Below, piece after piece: positions 12,965 through 27,519 of a DNA stretch of 64,000 nucleotides (position 1 is the first letter of the stretch; each line of letters begins with the position of its first letter). The DNA is taken from positions 15,996,001-16,060,000 of the forward strand of contig CM022675.1 in NCBI GenBank assembly GCA_012295275.1, given 5' to 3'. A program made the translations under genes and the position numbers. Origin of the DNA: Chrysomallon squamiferum (taxonomy: Eukaryota; Animalia; Mollusca). Below the pieces are notes generated by a model. That model had not been told where the DNA came from. It worked only from the letters and a program-made list of their open reading frames with translations, and ran no database searches.

Positions 12965-15900
12965 TGTTTACTTAAATTTTTACTTTATTTTTTTTTTTTT
13001 TTTTTTCAATACATTCAGGTACTTGTAATTATACAACTGTGTTTTGTTTTCAGCAAACTCTAGGAAGTGTGCAGAATGGAAAGCCATACCTCACTGGCTC
13101 CATCATGCACGAGGAATAACCAGAAGGTTTGATACTTCCATTCATTAATTGACACATTGTTACAGATTACCAATGTTAAATGTGTTCCATAATCTTCTCT
13201 TTCATATCCTGTCCAGGTCTTCCAGGTTTGTGTGCATGTTCATTAATGTGTGCAAACATTAATGGAGAACAAACTTAAAAAATAAGATAAAATCTATTAA
13301 AACAGTAAAGGACAAGATAATGTACCTCAGGGAATGAAATTAGGAACTCTGAATGCTATTCACTGAAGGTAAATAAAAACTGACACAAAATTAAGAGGCC
13401 TCCTGTACATTATAAATGTGATTCGTGGATGTGAAGCAACAGTCAAATATGTTTTTCATGACTGTTGCTCACTGACATTGAAATATACAGTAGATACATT
13501 TCTGTCTAGAATTTTTGTTAAAAGATAACAGGACTGAACTAACGAGATTTAATTAGCTGTACAATTAAAGTGAATGAATGGAGTAAATTATATTTTTCTT
13601 TTACAGAGATAGAAAACGGAAAACTACAGACAACTCTCGGTGGACTTGCTGACTAAATGTAAGATGTTTTATAGGCATTTTCCCGCACAGATTCACTAAT
13701 CTTGATGAATCAGTGACAGAACTCTGGCTAGACTGGGAGTGGCAGTTTTCTGGTTTGGTTGGTTGGTGTTGTTTTTTACGTTTGTTTTGTTTTTTAAATT
13801 TTTGTCTGATGTATGTATATGGAAAATGTTCAGTTGTAAATATCAGAACAATTGTATTTATTAACAACTATTATGCAAATGCTAATCTGTACATACAAAG
13901 CTATAATTTACATTAATAGACTGCTTATCATCACATTTGAAAAAAAAAAAAAAACATTTAATGAAAAAACAAACAAAAAGTGGGAGTTTCACTGTCATAC
14001 AATAAATATTTTAAACCATTAGTTCATGTTAATTAGTTTATAATTATAAAAATAATTAAAAAATTAAGATATTTTAGAATTTGGATTGGATTAGATTATT
14101 TATTAGATTAATTAAAATGGTATATCACTGACAGATGTCAAATATATATTGACAAGATAGCAGTAACCTGTAAATAATTAAGTAGTAACAATCATTTCTT
14201 TCATTTATTAAGAATGGTATGTACATGATTTTAATTGTTTATTACTGCAAGGTGTGTCTTAAAACTTTATTGTGAGATAAAATAAATGTATACGTATAGG
14301 TTGATTAAATACTCATCAGTTTGTCTGGAATATCCTTCAATTTCAGTGTCAAACTGGAAAGCAAAAATGTTGAATTTTAGTTTCTTATTTTTCTTTCTTA
14401 ACATTTAAGATGACTTTTGTTATTCATTTCATAGTGGAAAGCAGCTAATTTGCTATTGAGAGAGTATCAGTACATTACATTTTTAAGCTATGTTTTTCTA
14501 TTTCAGAGCTATAAATTAGATTGCATTCTTTTATAAATAACTGTACAGAATATCAGTAGAAGATGTAAGAACAGCAGAAACTTGAAACTTACAGTGAGAT
14601 CCTCCTCCTCATCTCTTCTCCATTCTAGATACATTCTCACTGAAATTCGGTAATTGACATTTTTAGTTAAATTATTCCTATTAGCTCAAAAAACAACAAC
14701 AAATAAAAAAAGCATCTAATACTAAAAATTACAAATAAATAAAACAATTAAAACTGATGATAATTAATTCATGTATTTAATTAAAACAAATCTGCCCAAA
14801 ACAAATAAACAAAAAAATTAAAAATAAAACGGTAATAGTGAAATAAGTAAATAAATAAGATAATAATTTAAAATAGTAATAATAATTAACTAATAAATAA
14901 AATATAAGAGAGAATAGAAAAAAAAAGTTGTTTTAATTACAGACAAAAAGAATATTAAATTGATAATTACTGGAGTGTATTCTGTATCTTCATAAGTAAC
15001 TGAACTTGTAAAAACTGCCAAATTTAAAGAACTTAGATAATACTTTGAAACTATAATAACAAGATAAAGAAATTTATAATTGCAAAGTTATTTTAAAATT
15101 CTGAATAAACATTCTTTATGCAATGTTAAAATTCATAAACTTTTATATTATACAATCATATATATTTGAAATCAAAAATAATTTATATCCAAGCTGTTTC
15201 AGAGGTGTTTTTGCCATTGTTAAACAAACATTGAAATAGACATACAAATATGTACTGTGATTAAACAAACTGTAGATTGTAAAATTAATTAAATACTCAC
15301 CATAGAGTTGAAAAGCATTAATTTCAAGTATGCTACATCCAAATTATAATCATGATTTTTGAATTTGAAATAATATATTATATCTATATGATGTTATTTT
15401 ATTATTGGTATTATTACTACTGAAACCAAACATTTTTTGAAAGGTTTATTAATGAATATTTTTTACCACATTTTACTTTCAGAACTCTAGAGCTTATGTA
15501 ACTTATATCTTTCAGTTCTCTTTAAGTTTTTTAATTGAATGGTTCCATGTAACTCATAAAATTCTGTAAAATTTTCCTTCATTAACAGTTTTAACATAAG
15601 CTCATCTGTAAATGCTTTGTAAGCACCATGTTGAATAACCTTTTTTATTTATTTATTTATTTTTTAGCATCACTTCTTCTAACATTCACTATAAATGTAT
15701 TGTCTAGTTTTCGTAACCTTTTGGGAAAAATGCATACTGATTTGAAAAAAAAAAATAATAATAATAATAAAGAAATTAATGCAAATTAAAATGATAGAAC
15801 AGAAATTTGCAGCTTACATTACTTTAAGTTTTCAGTTCTCTTTAATGTTTTAATTGAGTGATTCCATGAAAAGATACTAAATTATATTCAAACCATATTT

Positions 15901-16662
15901 AGTCTTTTATATTTTTGTAACTCATAAAATTTTGTAACATTTTGTAAAATGTCTTTCATTAACATTAATATATTAATATTATCTGATCTGTAAATGCTCT
16001 GTCAGCACCATACGGAATAATATATATATATATATATATATATATTACATTTTCTTTTTATTATTATTATTATTATTTTTTTTTAAATTGTATTGTTATT
16101 TATTCCTTCATCGAAAATTCACTTTAAATATATTCTAACTGAATTTTGAAAAAGTTATTAAACTTCAAGAAAACAAAATACAGCTGACGCTCTTGTCTTC
16201 ATACCCAGGCCAGAATAATGTGTATTAACTTTAAAAAAAAAAAATAATAATAATAATAATAGTAATAATAATAAAGAAATAATAAAAATAAAAGAAATAA
16301 GCACACGGTTGAAATGTATGACTATATAAGCGGAAATGTAATAAGTATATAACTGATTTTCATGGCTTGAAAAGTTGGAATCATAAAATGGAGCGATATG
16401 ACTAAAAAAGTTCTTTACTTCAATCAAACCATTGACATTCATAATTAGTTCCTTTACTTGCTATATTAGGCAACGTTCTCGGAATTAAACGTCGAATGGA
16501 TGAAGGGAGATAACTTTGTCCTACCTGCCCATTGTATTATGTATATTCATCTGTAGAGTACTCATACATGGGAAACGTTTTAAAATTGAAAGAAAAAGAC
16601 GGCTTTTTCTGTAGCTAGTTCGGCAGACCATAATACCACAATGATCGTTTTGTTTTGATCAA

Positions 16663-16732
<70 letters not shown>

Positions 16733-18036
16733 TAATACTTTTGATTGAAATCTATCAATTTATTTGGGAAATACAGTTTCATCGTATGAGAACTGGAAAC
16801 TTTCTGGTTTAAAAATTAAGAACAATCACTTTCCCTATTTAAATACAGCCACTAAATATTACTGTCAGAATAAACAACTATCAATGGCCCCGCGTTCTGT
16901 AAGTGTTCAAAAAATCTAATTGAAATATATTAACTTCTGTTGGTTTCAAAAAAAAATACAAATAAAATAAAGTCTTCCAAATAGTCATATAATACATTTT
17001 ACATCGTTGGTTTAGGAAAAAAACGTCCTAAATGGTGTCACTGCTTTCTAACATGTTCATTAAAATACATATTAATAGTATTACCTTTCGACTATAATAT
17101 ATACTGAGCAGCAAACCGCTTTTCTTGGACAGTACCAAATAAGATTAATCGAAATTAGGATTATAAACAAAATATTAATTTTCATTTATAAGTTAAATCA
17201 TTTGCTAGTAGTACTTCTAATATGACACAGTAAAACTGACATTTGACTTAACAAAGCTATAATGGGTTACTTTTTGCACTCGTAGCCGTTTTTGCTGAAG
17301 ATGGTGGTGGTACTAGTAATAGTAAAACGTTCTTAAAACAGTCACATAAATTCCTAAATTAATTTTAATATTTTCTGATAACGAAGTATATAATGAATTT
17401 TATTAATAATAAATTTATCAAATCAAATAAGTATATAAACCGGTAATCATACACTCAAAATCTACGTCTTGTGGCATTGATTGGCTTTACAAATCATAGC
17501 AAAATACCTCTGTTGACTCTAAGCTGCAAGATTACCTGTAAACACATAATTATAATGACTTTTAACATGTAATAAAATGTATTAGTAAAGTTGTAAATTT
17601 CATTGAAAATCTAAATTTCAGACGGTTCCTTTTCTCATGAAATTCATATTTGCAGCGAACTTTCACAACGTTGTAAATTTTTACTTTTGGAATTTTACAT
17701 TCGGTTTCAGTCGGAAGCAATCGGCTTATAATTTGTTAAATATAGATTGTGAATATGATATCAGAAGGAAATATTTGTTACATTTCATTTTTATCGTGAA
17801 AGGGCTGCTTTCACTGGACGCTTCTATACTGAATTTCACAGATCTGTTCTTTACTGAACTACGGCTATCCTGTACGATTGTTTAAATTCACTAAACCTTT
17901 AATGCTTTACAAACATAAAACTAATACAAGTTGAAAATATTCAATGCCAAAATATATATTTGGGAGAAGAATTATGCTTAAATTTCATATTTTGGTTACT
18001 GCTAAGCAGACATTTTTTTTTGAATAGTCTGATCAT

Positions 18037-18073
<37 letters not shown>

Positions 18074-18367
18074 TTATATCTACCATTAAAATAAATAAAA
18101 TAATGAGGATGTTGTTGATAAATAATATAAAATACAATAAAATAAATAGAAGAACTTAACTTTTCAAATTAATTTTGTAAGAGGATTTTCTTTCTTGTTT
18201 TTCTTCTTTCTTTTTTTTTTTTTTTTTTTCTTTCTTTCTTTTTTCAAACTAGAAGTTTTTTGGTCTTTAACATGGACTCTAAGTGTAATTACAAACAAAC
18301 AGACAACCAGAACAAAACATACTTTCCATTATTGTGTTTACATACGATTTAAAAAGTAAATGTAATG

Positions 18368-18441
<74 letters not shown>

Positions 18442-19137
18442 CATTGTTATCATTGTTATTATTATTGTTGTTGTTGTTGTAGTTGTTATTATAAGTAGCA
18501 GTAGTAGTAGTAGTATAACAGATGTTCTTTTCATTATTGTTGATATTGTCATTACTAGGTTTAATGGTACTGTAAATACATTCAAACTTGTTTTGTTTAA
18601 AAAATTTCAAAACTTTGCCTGAATAAAATAACTTTTATACTAAGTTTCTTGCGTTTTCTGTTACAGACATTCTATATGCCTCTTGATACAATTGTAAATT
18701 TGACTGACGAAACCTGAATGTGATCCTATATTCAGCTGTGGACTCATAGCGAGCGAGTTCTGCTATTTGCACCGTTACTTTTTTCCGTTAGTTTATAATT
18801 AATACAAGCGATGTTCAAACCTGTTACGTATGAAATACATACTTTCTACTTACACTTGTTACTAACGTATCAATACTTATATCGAATATTATGTGATACA
18901 AACAAAAGTAGATATTTTCTTACTATAATTCAGCTAAAGTTTGTCTAATAGAAAAAATATTTTTGAGTTTCCACACAGGACCTTATAATAAATAAATTTG
19001 ACCATTCAACTGAAATAACATTCAGATGTTATGTCCAACTATATATAGAGAAAACAAGCGATTACAATACTGAACAGATTTAACCTTCACTGTCTCGATT
19101 TTCATAGATGTTATTTCGCAGATCAGATAGCAATTTC

Positions 19138-19350
19138 TACGTGTACTACAATATGTATTATACAATCCATGTGTATTACAATTTGTATTATACAATCCAT
19201 GTGAATTATGATATGTATTATACAATACACGTGCATTACAATATGTATTATACACTTCACGTGTACTTCAATATATATTGTACAATCCGCGTGTATTACA
19301 ACGTATTATACAATCCACGTTAATTACAATATGTATTATACAGTCCGCAT
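19138..19350. repeat. 30-bp minisatellite, ~7 copies (GTGTATTACAATATGTATTATACAATCCAC)
   Basis: Direct tandem repetition is visible at a 30-bp period. Confidence 0.9.
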
Positions 19351-20109
19351 GTTTATGTGTTTTGTATTAATTCGTCGCAGTACTCTGGTATATAGTCTTT
19401 CGTTAAATAAGGTCACCTCTTGTTGTTTGTTCCAGTTTGAAACACTACTGTAATTGTTATGCTTAGCAAGTATCTAACATCGTGGAGAAAGACAGGGAAC
19501 AATGAAAGCAGATATAACAGCTGTAATACATAACCGTCATCATCATTATCATCGTCATTCATTTTCTAACAATTTATTACTTTGTTACAATTTTCATTCA
19601 TCGGCTAATGATATACTATACTGTTGTTATTTCAGAATCATTGTGATTATTTCCAGTTTATTTTTCTAATATGCAAGCAGGAATAAAAAAATAAAGTAAA
19701 ACAAAAATAAAAATAAAATAAAATGGCCTTAATGAAGGAGGTAGTTTTGTCTTTTTCCGACCCACTTTTTCCAAAAAACGAGATGTACTTACAGTGATTT
19801 ATAAAACTATTCATCATTAATACGTATCACAAAGAAACGACTGAGACAGCTGATGTGTTATCTGGATGACTGCTAGAAAGGAACATTCTGACAGAGGACA
19901 GCACAAGAGTGGAATATGTAGAAGAAACATGCTGAGGCTTTTATTTAAAAACGAGACACTACGGCTACGCCATGATGATGATGATGATAACAAAGTAGTT
20001 GCATATTTTCGGGGATGAAGAGTATATTAGTTTTGCTATATATAAATTAAATATGCCTCTTTATACAACAAAGAAATTTAAAAAAAAAAAAAATAATAAT
20101 AATGTAAAA

Positions 20110-20155
<46 letters not shown>

Positions 20156-20270
20156 TATGATAAAAACACAATAACAATAATAAATAAATAAATAAAATAA
20201 ATAAATACAAATCTGTTCAGACGTAACTCTTACATATTATAAGCTGAGAGAGGTTGTCTCCCTTGTTCCT

Positions 20271-20283
20271 GTTCCATGGCAAC
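20271..20283 (+). promoter_or_regulatory. RFX X-box-like motif upstream of the plus-strand gene
   Basis: GTTCCATGGCAAC lies 40 bp upstream of ATG 20323 and is one base short of the canonical GTTGCCATGGCAAC palindrome. Confidence 0.6.
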
Positions 20284-20322
20284 GTTTGTTGACGGCTTTG
20301 CTTGGCGTCTTCACTTTTCACC

Positions 20323-20453
20323 ATGAAGCGAATATTCAAAACGCTGGGACCGTCGAAACAAAAGCACGAATCTACTTCTGACGTAGTTCTGGAATCGAGC
20401 GAAAAACCCAAGAAAACAACCAGAAAAAGAAACAGCTTACCCAACGACGACAG
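20323..20453 (+). CDS. Uncharacterised gene, exon 1 (MKRIFKTLGPSKQKHESTSDVVLESSEKPKKTTRKRNSLPNDD)
   Basis: CACCATGA start context; donor CAG|gtatgt. Confidence 0.8.
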
Positions 20454-20778
20454 GTATGTCAGTTACTGCAACACTAGCCTAGTTCCTGACACCTGACGAC
20501 TTTTGTATTTGTTTCTATTTTTAGTAACAGATTACAGCTAGAAGCAAACTAAATTTACAGTACTTGAACATTAAATTGTTTATCTATATCAAAATCTAGT
20601 ATATAACTTCTTTCGGTCATTTATTTTTCTTTTTCTTTGTAAGGTGATTGTGAATGTTTGGGTGTTTGTTTATGGGTGTGTTTGCTTGTATGTGTGTGTA
20701 TGTCTGTATTTGTATGTATGTATGAAAGTGTGTAAGTGTGTGTGTATGTATGTATGAAAGTGTGTAAGTGTGTGTGTA

Positions 20779-20809
<31 letters not shown>

Positions 20810-21240
20810 TATATATTTATCTTTCTATATTTCTACACTAGCCTATATCTTCTGCCTGTTATTATATGTTAGTGTATACGTCTGTGTATGTGTGCGAGTG
20901 AATGTGTTTCTGTGCGTGTGTCTGTGTACTAATTTTGTTTTTGTTTTCAGAGAGATGGCATACGCCGCTGAAGAACCTCGCTCTGCTTGTCACAGACGTG
21001 ACTGTCTTCAGAAAGCTGGTCAAGGAGTAAGTGAAAAATTCTAAAATGTAGATCGACAAAAAAAGTATTATTTAGGTGTAAGACAACGTGATTTTAAAAC
21101 TAACAGTCTGTGATCCTAGCAAGGGTAGTAACTTAGTGTCATACTGGTATTACAAATTAAAAACTAAACTTGTTATAGCGCTTGAATACGTGCATGTAAT
21201 TGTTTTAATAAGTTCTCGTATATGTGATTCAAAAAGAAAA

Positions 21241-21298
<58 letters not shown>

Positions 21299-22179
21299 CC
21301 TTCCGCCGATATTTTTGGCAAACAAATCGAACACAGTTGCCCAAAGTTTCACATTTTTTATTATTTACTGAAGGAACACTAGGAAATTGAAATATTTCGG
21401 AAGATAATAATATATATTCTGCTAAAACTTTAAAATTAAAACTCTGACTTAGAAATATAAAATGTATTCTAAGTAACAAATGACTATAAAGTAATAATTT
21501 TTCATTCAATATAAAGAGTAGAACAACATGTGACGTCACACACACACCTTTATCTCACAGATGTGTTACCAATTAATATATTTATTTATTTTGTTATTTT
21601 ATTTTACTCAAAGGAAGTTTCTGATAATGTGTATGTTTACATGAACACATACAAAGAAAGCAGTCATTCTTATGTAAAACAAAAATTATGAAATGAACAG
21701 CTGAAAAATTACTAATTATTTATTTTTCTTTCTTTGTTTTTTCAGGACGAGGCGACAGTTTGTTCCCTGGTCAGAGACACAGCTGGTGGCGATGGTCAGT
21801 TTCAAACATCTCTCTTAATTAAACACATCTCACTATTACAAAACTATCTCTTCTACAGTGTTAACATCAAACATCTCTCTTAATTAAACACATCTCACTA
21901 TTACAAAACTATCTCTTCTACAGTGTTAACATCAAACATCTCTTACTTAAACACATCTCATTATTACAACTTTGCTAACACAACTATCTCTTCTACAGTA
22001 TAAGTGTTAACAGTTACAAAACCACAGTGATGTTTGCTTTAGGACAGACGATTGTTTTAACTTTTAATATAAACAATGATTGTTTTAACTTTTAATATAA
22101 ACAACGATTGTTTTAACTTTTAATATAAACAAAGATATTTATTTGATTCTTCTATTTGTGTTTTGTATGTATGTTTATC

Positions 22180-22240
<61 letters not shown>

Positions 22241-24843
22241 ACTTAGTAAAACGATATATTCTACATTATTAGTATTGACAGTGACAAAAACAACAAAAAA
22301 AAAACAACAACAACAAACAAACAAAAAAACAAGTTATGTTTGCTTTAGTACAAACGATTGTTTAATAGTTTTAATATAAACAGATAAATATCTTAGTCTT
22401 CAGTTTACGTATATGTATATGCATGTAAACACACACACACACACAAACACTCACACACACACACACACACACACCTACATACGTACATAGGAAGACACAT
22501 ACACAGTGAATAACAAGCAGTTAGGTACATGGATTTGTTGATCGATGGATGGATGGATGGACAAATAGACAGATAGACAAATAGACAGATAGACAAATAG
22601 ACAGATATTATTGGCAGGTAAATTATATAGACAGACAGACAGACAGACAGACTGTCAGATATACCGATACGTGTAGTATTGTTTATTTCAGTGGCAGGAA
22701 AGGCGGTTTCAGCGAGTTCCAGTTTCGGCGACTTTGACAAACCAATCCTGGGTGAAAACTGGTCTCTCCTCGACGACATCATCTCTCACTTCGAGCAGAA
22801 AGAAGATGGCCAAGAGCTGTCCAGAATTCTGGTAACCATAGCAGCACTGTTTTTTCTATACTAATCCCAAATTATAATCATGTGTTTATCGCTGTGCTCC
22901 AAATATTGGTAAACAATGGAACATTATTTTTATTTAGTAATCCTAAAGTTTGCCATTACTATTCAGAATTCTGGTAACTATAGCAACACTTTTTATATTT
23001 ATAAATCCTATAATTGTCTTGAACATTGTTCTTTATTTCCCAAACACAGGCAGCTATGGCAACATAATTTATTATTTACAAATTATGTTTTGTATCATTA
23101 AGTCCAAAATTTAAATTACAGAATAAAGATATCCAAGTGCCAAAATATATCATTAATTTGTTTTATCTGATTGAAATATGTGTTAATTAAGTAATGCATT
23201 TTAAATGTGTTAAGTTACTTACACCACAAATATCAATGTCCCTGAATTAAAAGCCCTGCGATATTGTTTAATATTGTGTGCTAGGTATTGATATATATCT
23301 ACAAATATAGAGAATTTCGTATAAAAACTTAGTTTAGTGAGATACATACACTGGATGTGTATGATATAGATAATATGATACATACATACATGTAGACATA
23401 CTTACATACAAACATACACACACACACACAGACACACATACTCACATACTCACACACACACTCACACAAATACACTCACACACTCACACAGACACACACA
23501 CACTCACACAGACACACACACACTCAGACAGACACACACACTCACACAGATACACTCACACACAGACACACACACACTCACACAGACACACACACTAATA
23601 CAAATACACTCACACACAGACACACACACTCACACAGACACTCACACATACACACACTCACACACACACAGACACATAAAAGACATGTTAATCTGGTTTG
23701 ATGTTTTCAGTGTAAAGAGCGAGACTGTGAAAACATGACTAAGATGATGGACGAGCAGTTGTCTAAGATCCAGCGAAACCTGCGGCTTGTCGGAAGAGAG
23801 GTAAACTCGTACTTCTTTATTGTTTACACATTGAAACTCCGTACTTTCTTCTTGATTATTTACACACTGTAAATTCGTATTTTCTTCTTATTGTTTACAC
23901 AGTGTAAATTCGTACTTTCTTCTTTATTTTTTATACACTAAACTCGTGTTTTCTTCTTTATTGTTTACACATTGTAAATTCGTACTTTCTTCTTTATTGT
24001 TTACACATAGTAAATTCGTACTTTCTTCTATTTTGTTTACACACTCTAAGCTCGTATTTTCTTCTTTATGGTTAAAGATTATATTTTATTTTATTCACTT
24101 CTGATAATAATTAAAACTTTTTATTTTATATATACATACGTTTTCTCTATTAAAATATATATATATATTTATTTAAATATAAAAAACATGTATTTATCCC
24201 TTCTTATTTACAGAGTAAACCTTTATTTTTCTTTATAGAATAAACTCCATTCCCCTTCTTTATGACTTGCACATCTGTTAAATATTTTAATTTTACCTCT
24301 CTCCAGCTCTCTGATGCTCAGTCTTGCTATATCAGTTGCCTCGACAACCTGCACGGCAACGTGCAACACGAGTACAGCGGCCTGAAGGAGAAAAGTCAGG
24401 TCGAGTCGGAGAACAGTGACGAGGAGGAGTCCGAGGAGGAAAGTGAAGACACAAGCAGAGTAAACATTCAGTGATATAGTAATTACACACACACATACAC
24501 ACTACACACATACACATACATACATACATACATACATACACAACATACACACACACATACACACATACACACACATACACACACATATATACACACTACA
24601 CACGTACACACACATACACACACACACATACATACACACACACATACACACACACACATACACACACACACATACACACACACACATACATACATACATA
24701 CACAACATACACACACACACATACACACACACATACATACATACATACACAACATACACACACATACACACAAACACATACATACATACATACACAACAT
24801 ACACACACACACATACACACACATACACACACATATATACACA

Positions 24844-24878
<35 letters not shown>

Positions 24879-26039
24879 CATACACACGTACACACATATA
24901 TACACGTACACACACATACATACACACACACATACATACACACACACATGCACATACACACATACACACGTACACATACATATATATACACGTACACACA
25001 CACATATATATATACACATACATACACATACATATATATACACGTACACACATACGTATGTATATACACACACGCACACATACACACATATACAAACATA
25101 CACATACACACGTACAAACCCACATATGTACACATACATAAATGCACGCAGACAGAAAAATACACACACACACACACACACACACTTATACACACCTTCA
25201 TAAATACATTTAGGTTCACACAAAGATATGTACATGCATACAACTCGTTTATTGGCAATGGAATGTTTACTAGTCACACAGAATTATAAAATGTGTTCAG
25301 ATAACGCCATACAAACTGTGATAAAAACTGGTGATATGTTTCTGATAAATAAAAAATAAGGATTGTAAGATTAAAATTTTAATAAAATAGACCAAAACCA
25401 TATAATGAATATTCAGATATAATTTATAAGAAATATCTTCCATTAATGACTAAATTACAAGGTAATATGTTGTTTTTTTTTGTTGTTTTTTTTCTTTTCA
25501 GTCTGAAAATGAGAATGAAGGAATAAGGAATGATAGTTTACCAAAAGAACACACAAGAGAACATTCGGAAGAAAGAGGAGAACAGCTCAGTGTACAGAGA
25601 TACAGAGACTGTGTACAAAGGGTAAAATATTTTATTTTACTATCTTCTTAGACTTCTATAAAAGATCTTTGTGGATTTTTTGTTGTTGAAATAATAATTG
25701 TTATAATATTAGTGAAAAAATTAATTTTGTAGTATACAAATTGAAGCTTTCTTAGAAAATACATTTTGAAGATTTTATTTTGTCGCGCGCACGTTATTGT
25801 CGTCATCATCATTATCATTACTTGTAGTATTACCATCATCATCATCATTATCATTACGTGTAATATTACCATCATCATCATTATCATTACTTGTAATATT
25901 ACCATCATCATTACGTGTAATATTACCATCATCATCATCGTCATCATCATTATCATTACGTGTAGTATCACCATCATCATCATTATCATTACGTGTAATA
26001 TTACCATCATCATTATCGTCATCATCATCATTATTATCA

Positions 26040-26096
<57 letters not shown>

Positions 26097-26508
26097 GAAC
26101 ACTATATAGGAAAGTAAATGTTAATAAAAATTATTTTAGTAAAGTAATATCAGAAATGAAGATTATTTACGTGTATTTGTAATTTTTCTTGCAGAGTTCA
26201 AGAACAGCAAAGACTGAAGATAAAAACGTCACTGATAAACAAGAGTTGACAGATGAAGAGAAAACAAACTCACAGTCTGACTGTGAGAATGATGTGAGTA
26301 GACTCACACTTTTTGTTACTCTTACCCTAGAGAAACAATGACTGATACGTACGTGATGAAAAAAACAAAAACAATATATATATATATATATAAAACAGTT
26401 TAAAAAATTATCAATAATTAAAAAGTAAGTTATGTTTCACATTTATTATTGTTATTATTGTTATTATTATATTATTATTGTTATTATTATTACTATTATT
26501 ACTATCAC

Positions 26509-26565
<57 letters not shown>

Positions 26566-27422
26566 GACCGTATATACTTGTGTATAAGTCGAAATTTTGG
26601 GAGACTATATTAAGGTAATATTTTGGGGGTCGACTTATACATAGGTAATGCTTTTTGTAGCTCTTGCCGAAGAGTCGCCATTTTGACTATTTTTTGCTAC
26701 GGGATGCATCTAAAATAATCGCGGTCTTTCAGCTTTTCAAAAATACAATTTTATCGTATAAAAAATTTTGAAAAATTAAATAACAAATCCAAATATGAAG
26801 GTAAAACATGATATTCTTCCGTTTAATGACATAAAAATACATTTTAAAGCGAGAAAACCGTCAGTACGGCGTTATGCCTTACGGCGTCTTGCAATGATCT
26901 AGAAATGCAGACTTCTCTGCCAAATTGCACTAAATATCGGTCCTAATTTCATAAACAAAACTCACTTGTTTAATTGTAAAGAATTTGGTGAAATAATATT
27001 GCAATCGTCATTAATATCCACTACCGACAAATTTTGTAAATCATAGAACGGCTAAATATAACGGTAAGTTAGGTCTCCATGTTAGACCTATTACATTAAA
27101 GAGATACTATTTATGATACATTTAGTCTATAGCTCGTGTAATACATGCATTTACGTTATTATGGTATGTTCGTGCAAGTTACAGCTCGTGCAAGTTATGT
27201 TACAGTAGGCGTACTATGTAGGCCTTCATGGCACTGTCACACTGGTCTAAAAATAGTGACGGTGCCTGGAATCTACAGTCGACTTATACACAAGTAATAC
27301 CTAAAATTGACGCAATTTTTGGTCTTAAAATACACATCGACTTATACATAAGGTCGCCTTGTACACAAGTATATACGGTATTACTGTTATTACTATTATT
27401 ATTATTATTACTGTTATTACTA

Positions 27423-27519
<97 letters not shown>

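Noticed and set aside
24483-25289. Longest ORFs in the track (264, 220 and 137 aa, VCVC/HTHT)
   Set aside because: They are translations of (CA)/(CATA) microsatellite inside an intron. The same applies to the poly-I, poly-L, poly-T, SLSL and ERER ORFs elsewhere.
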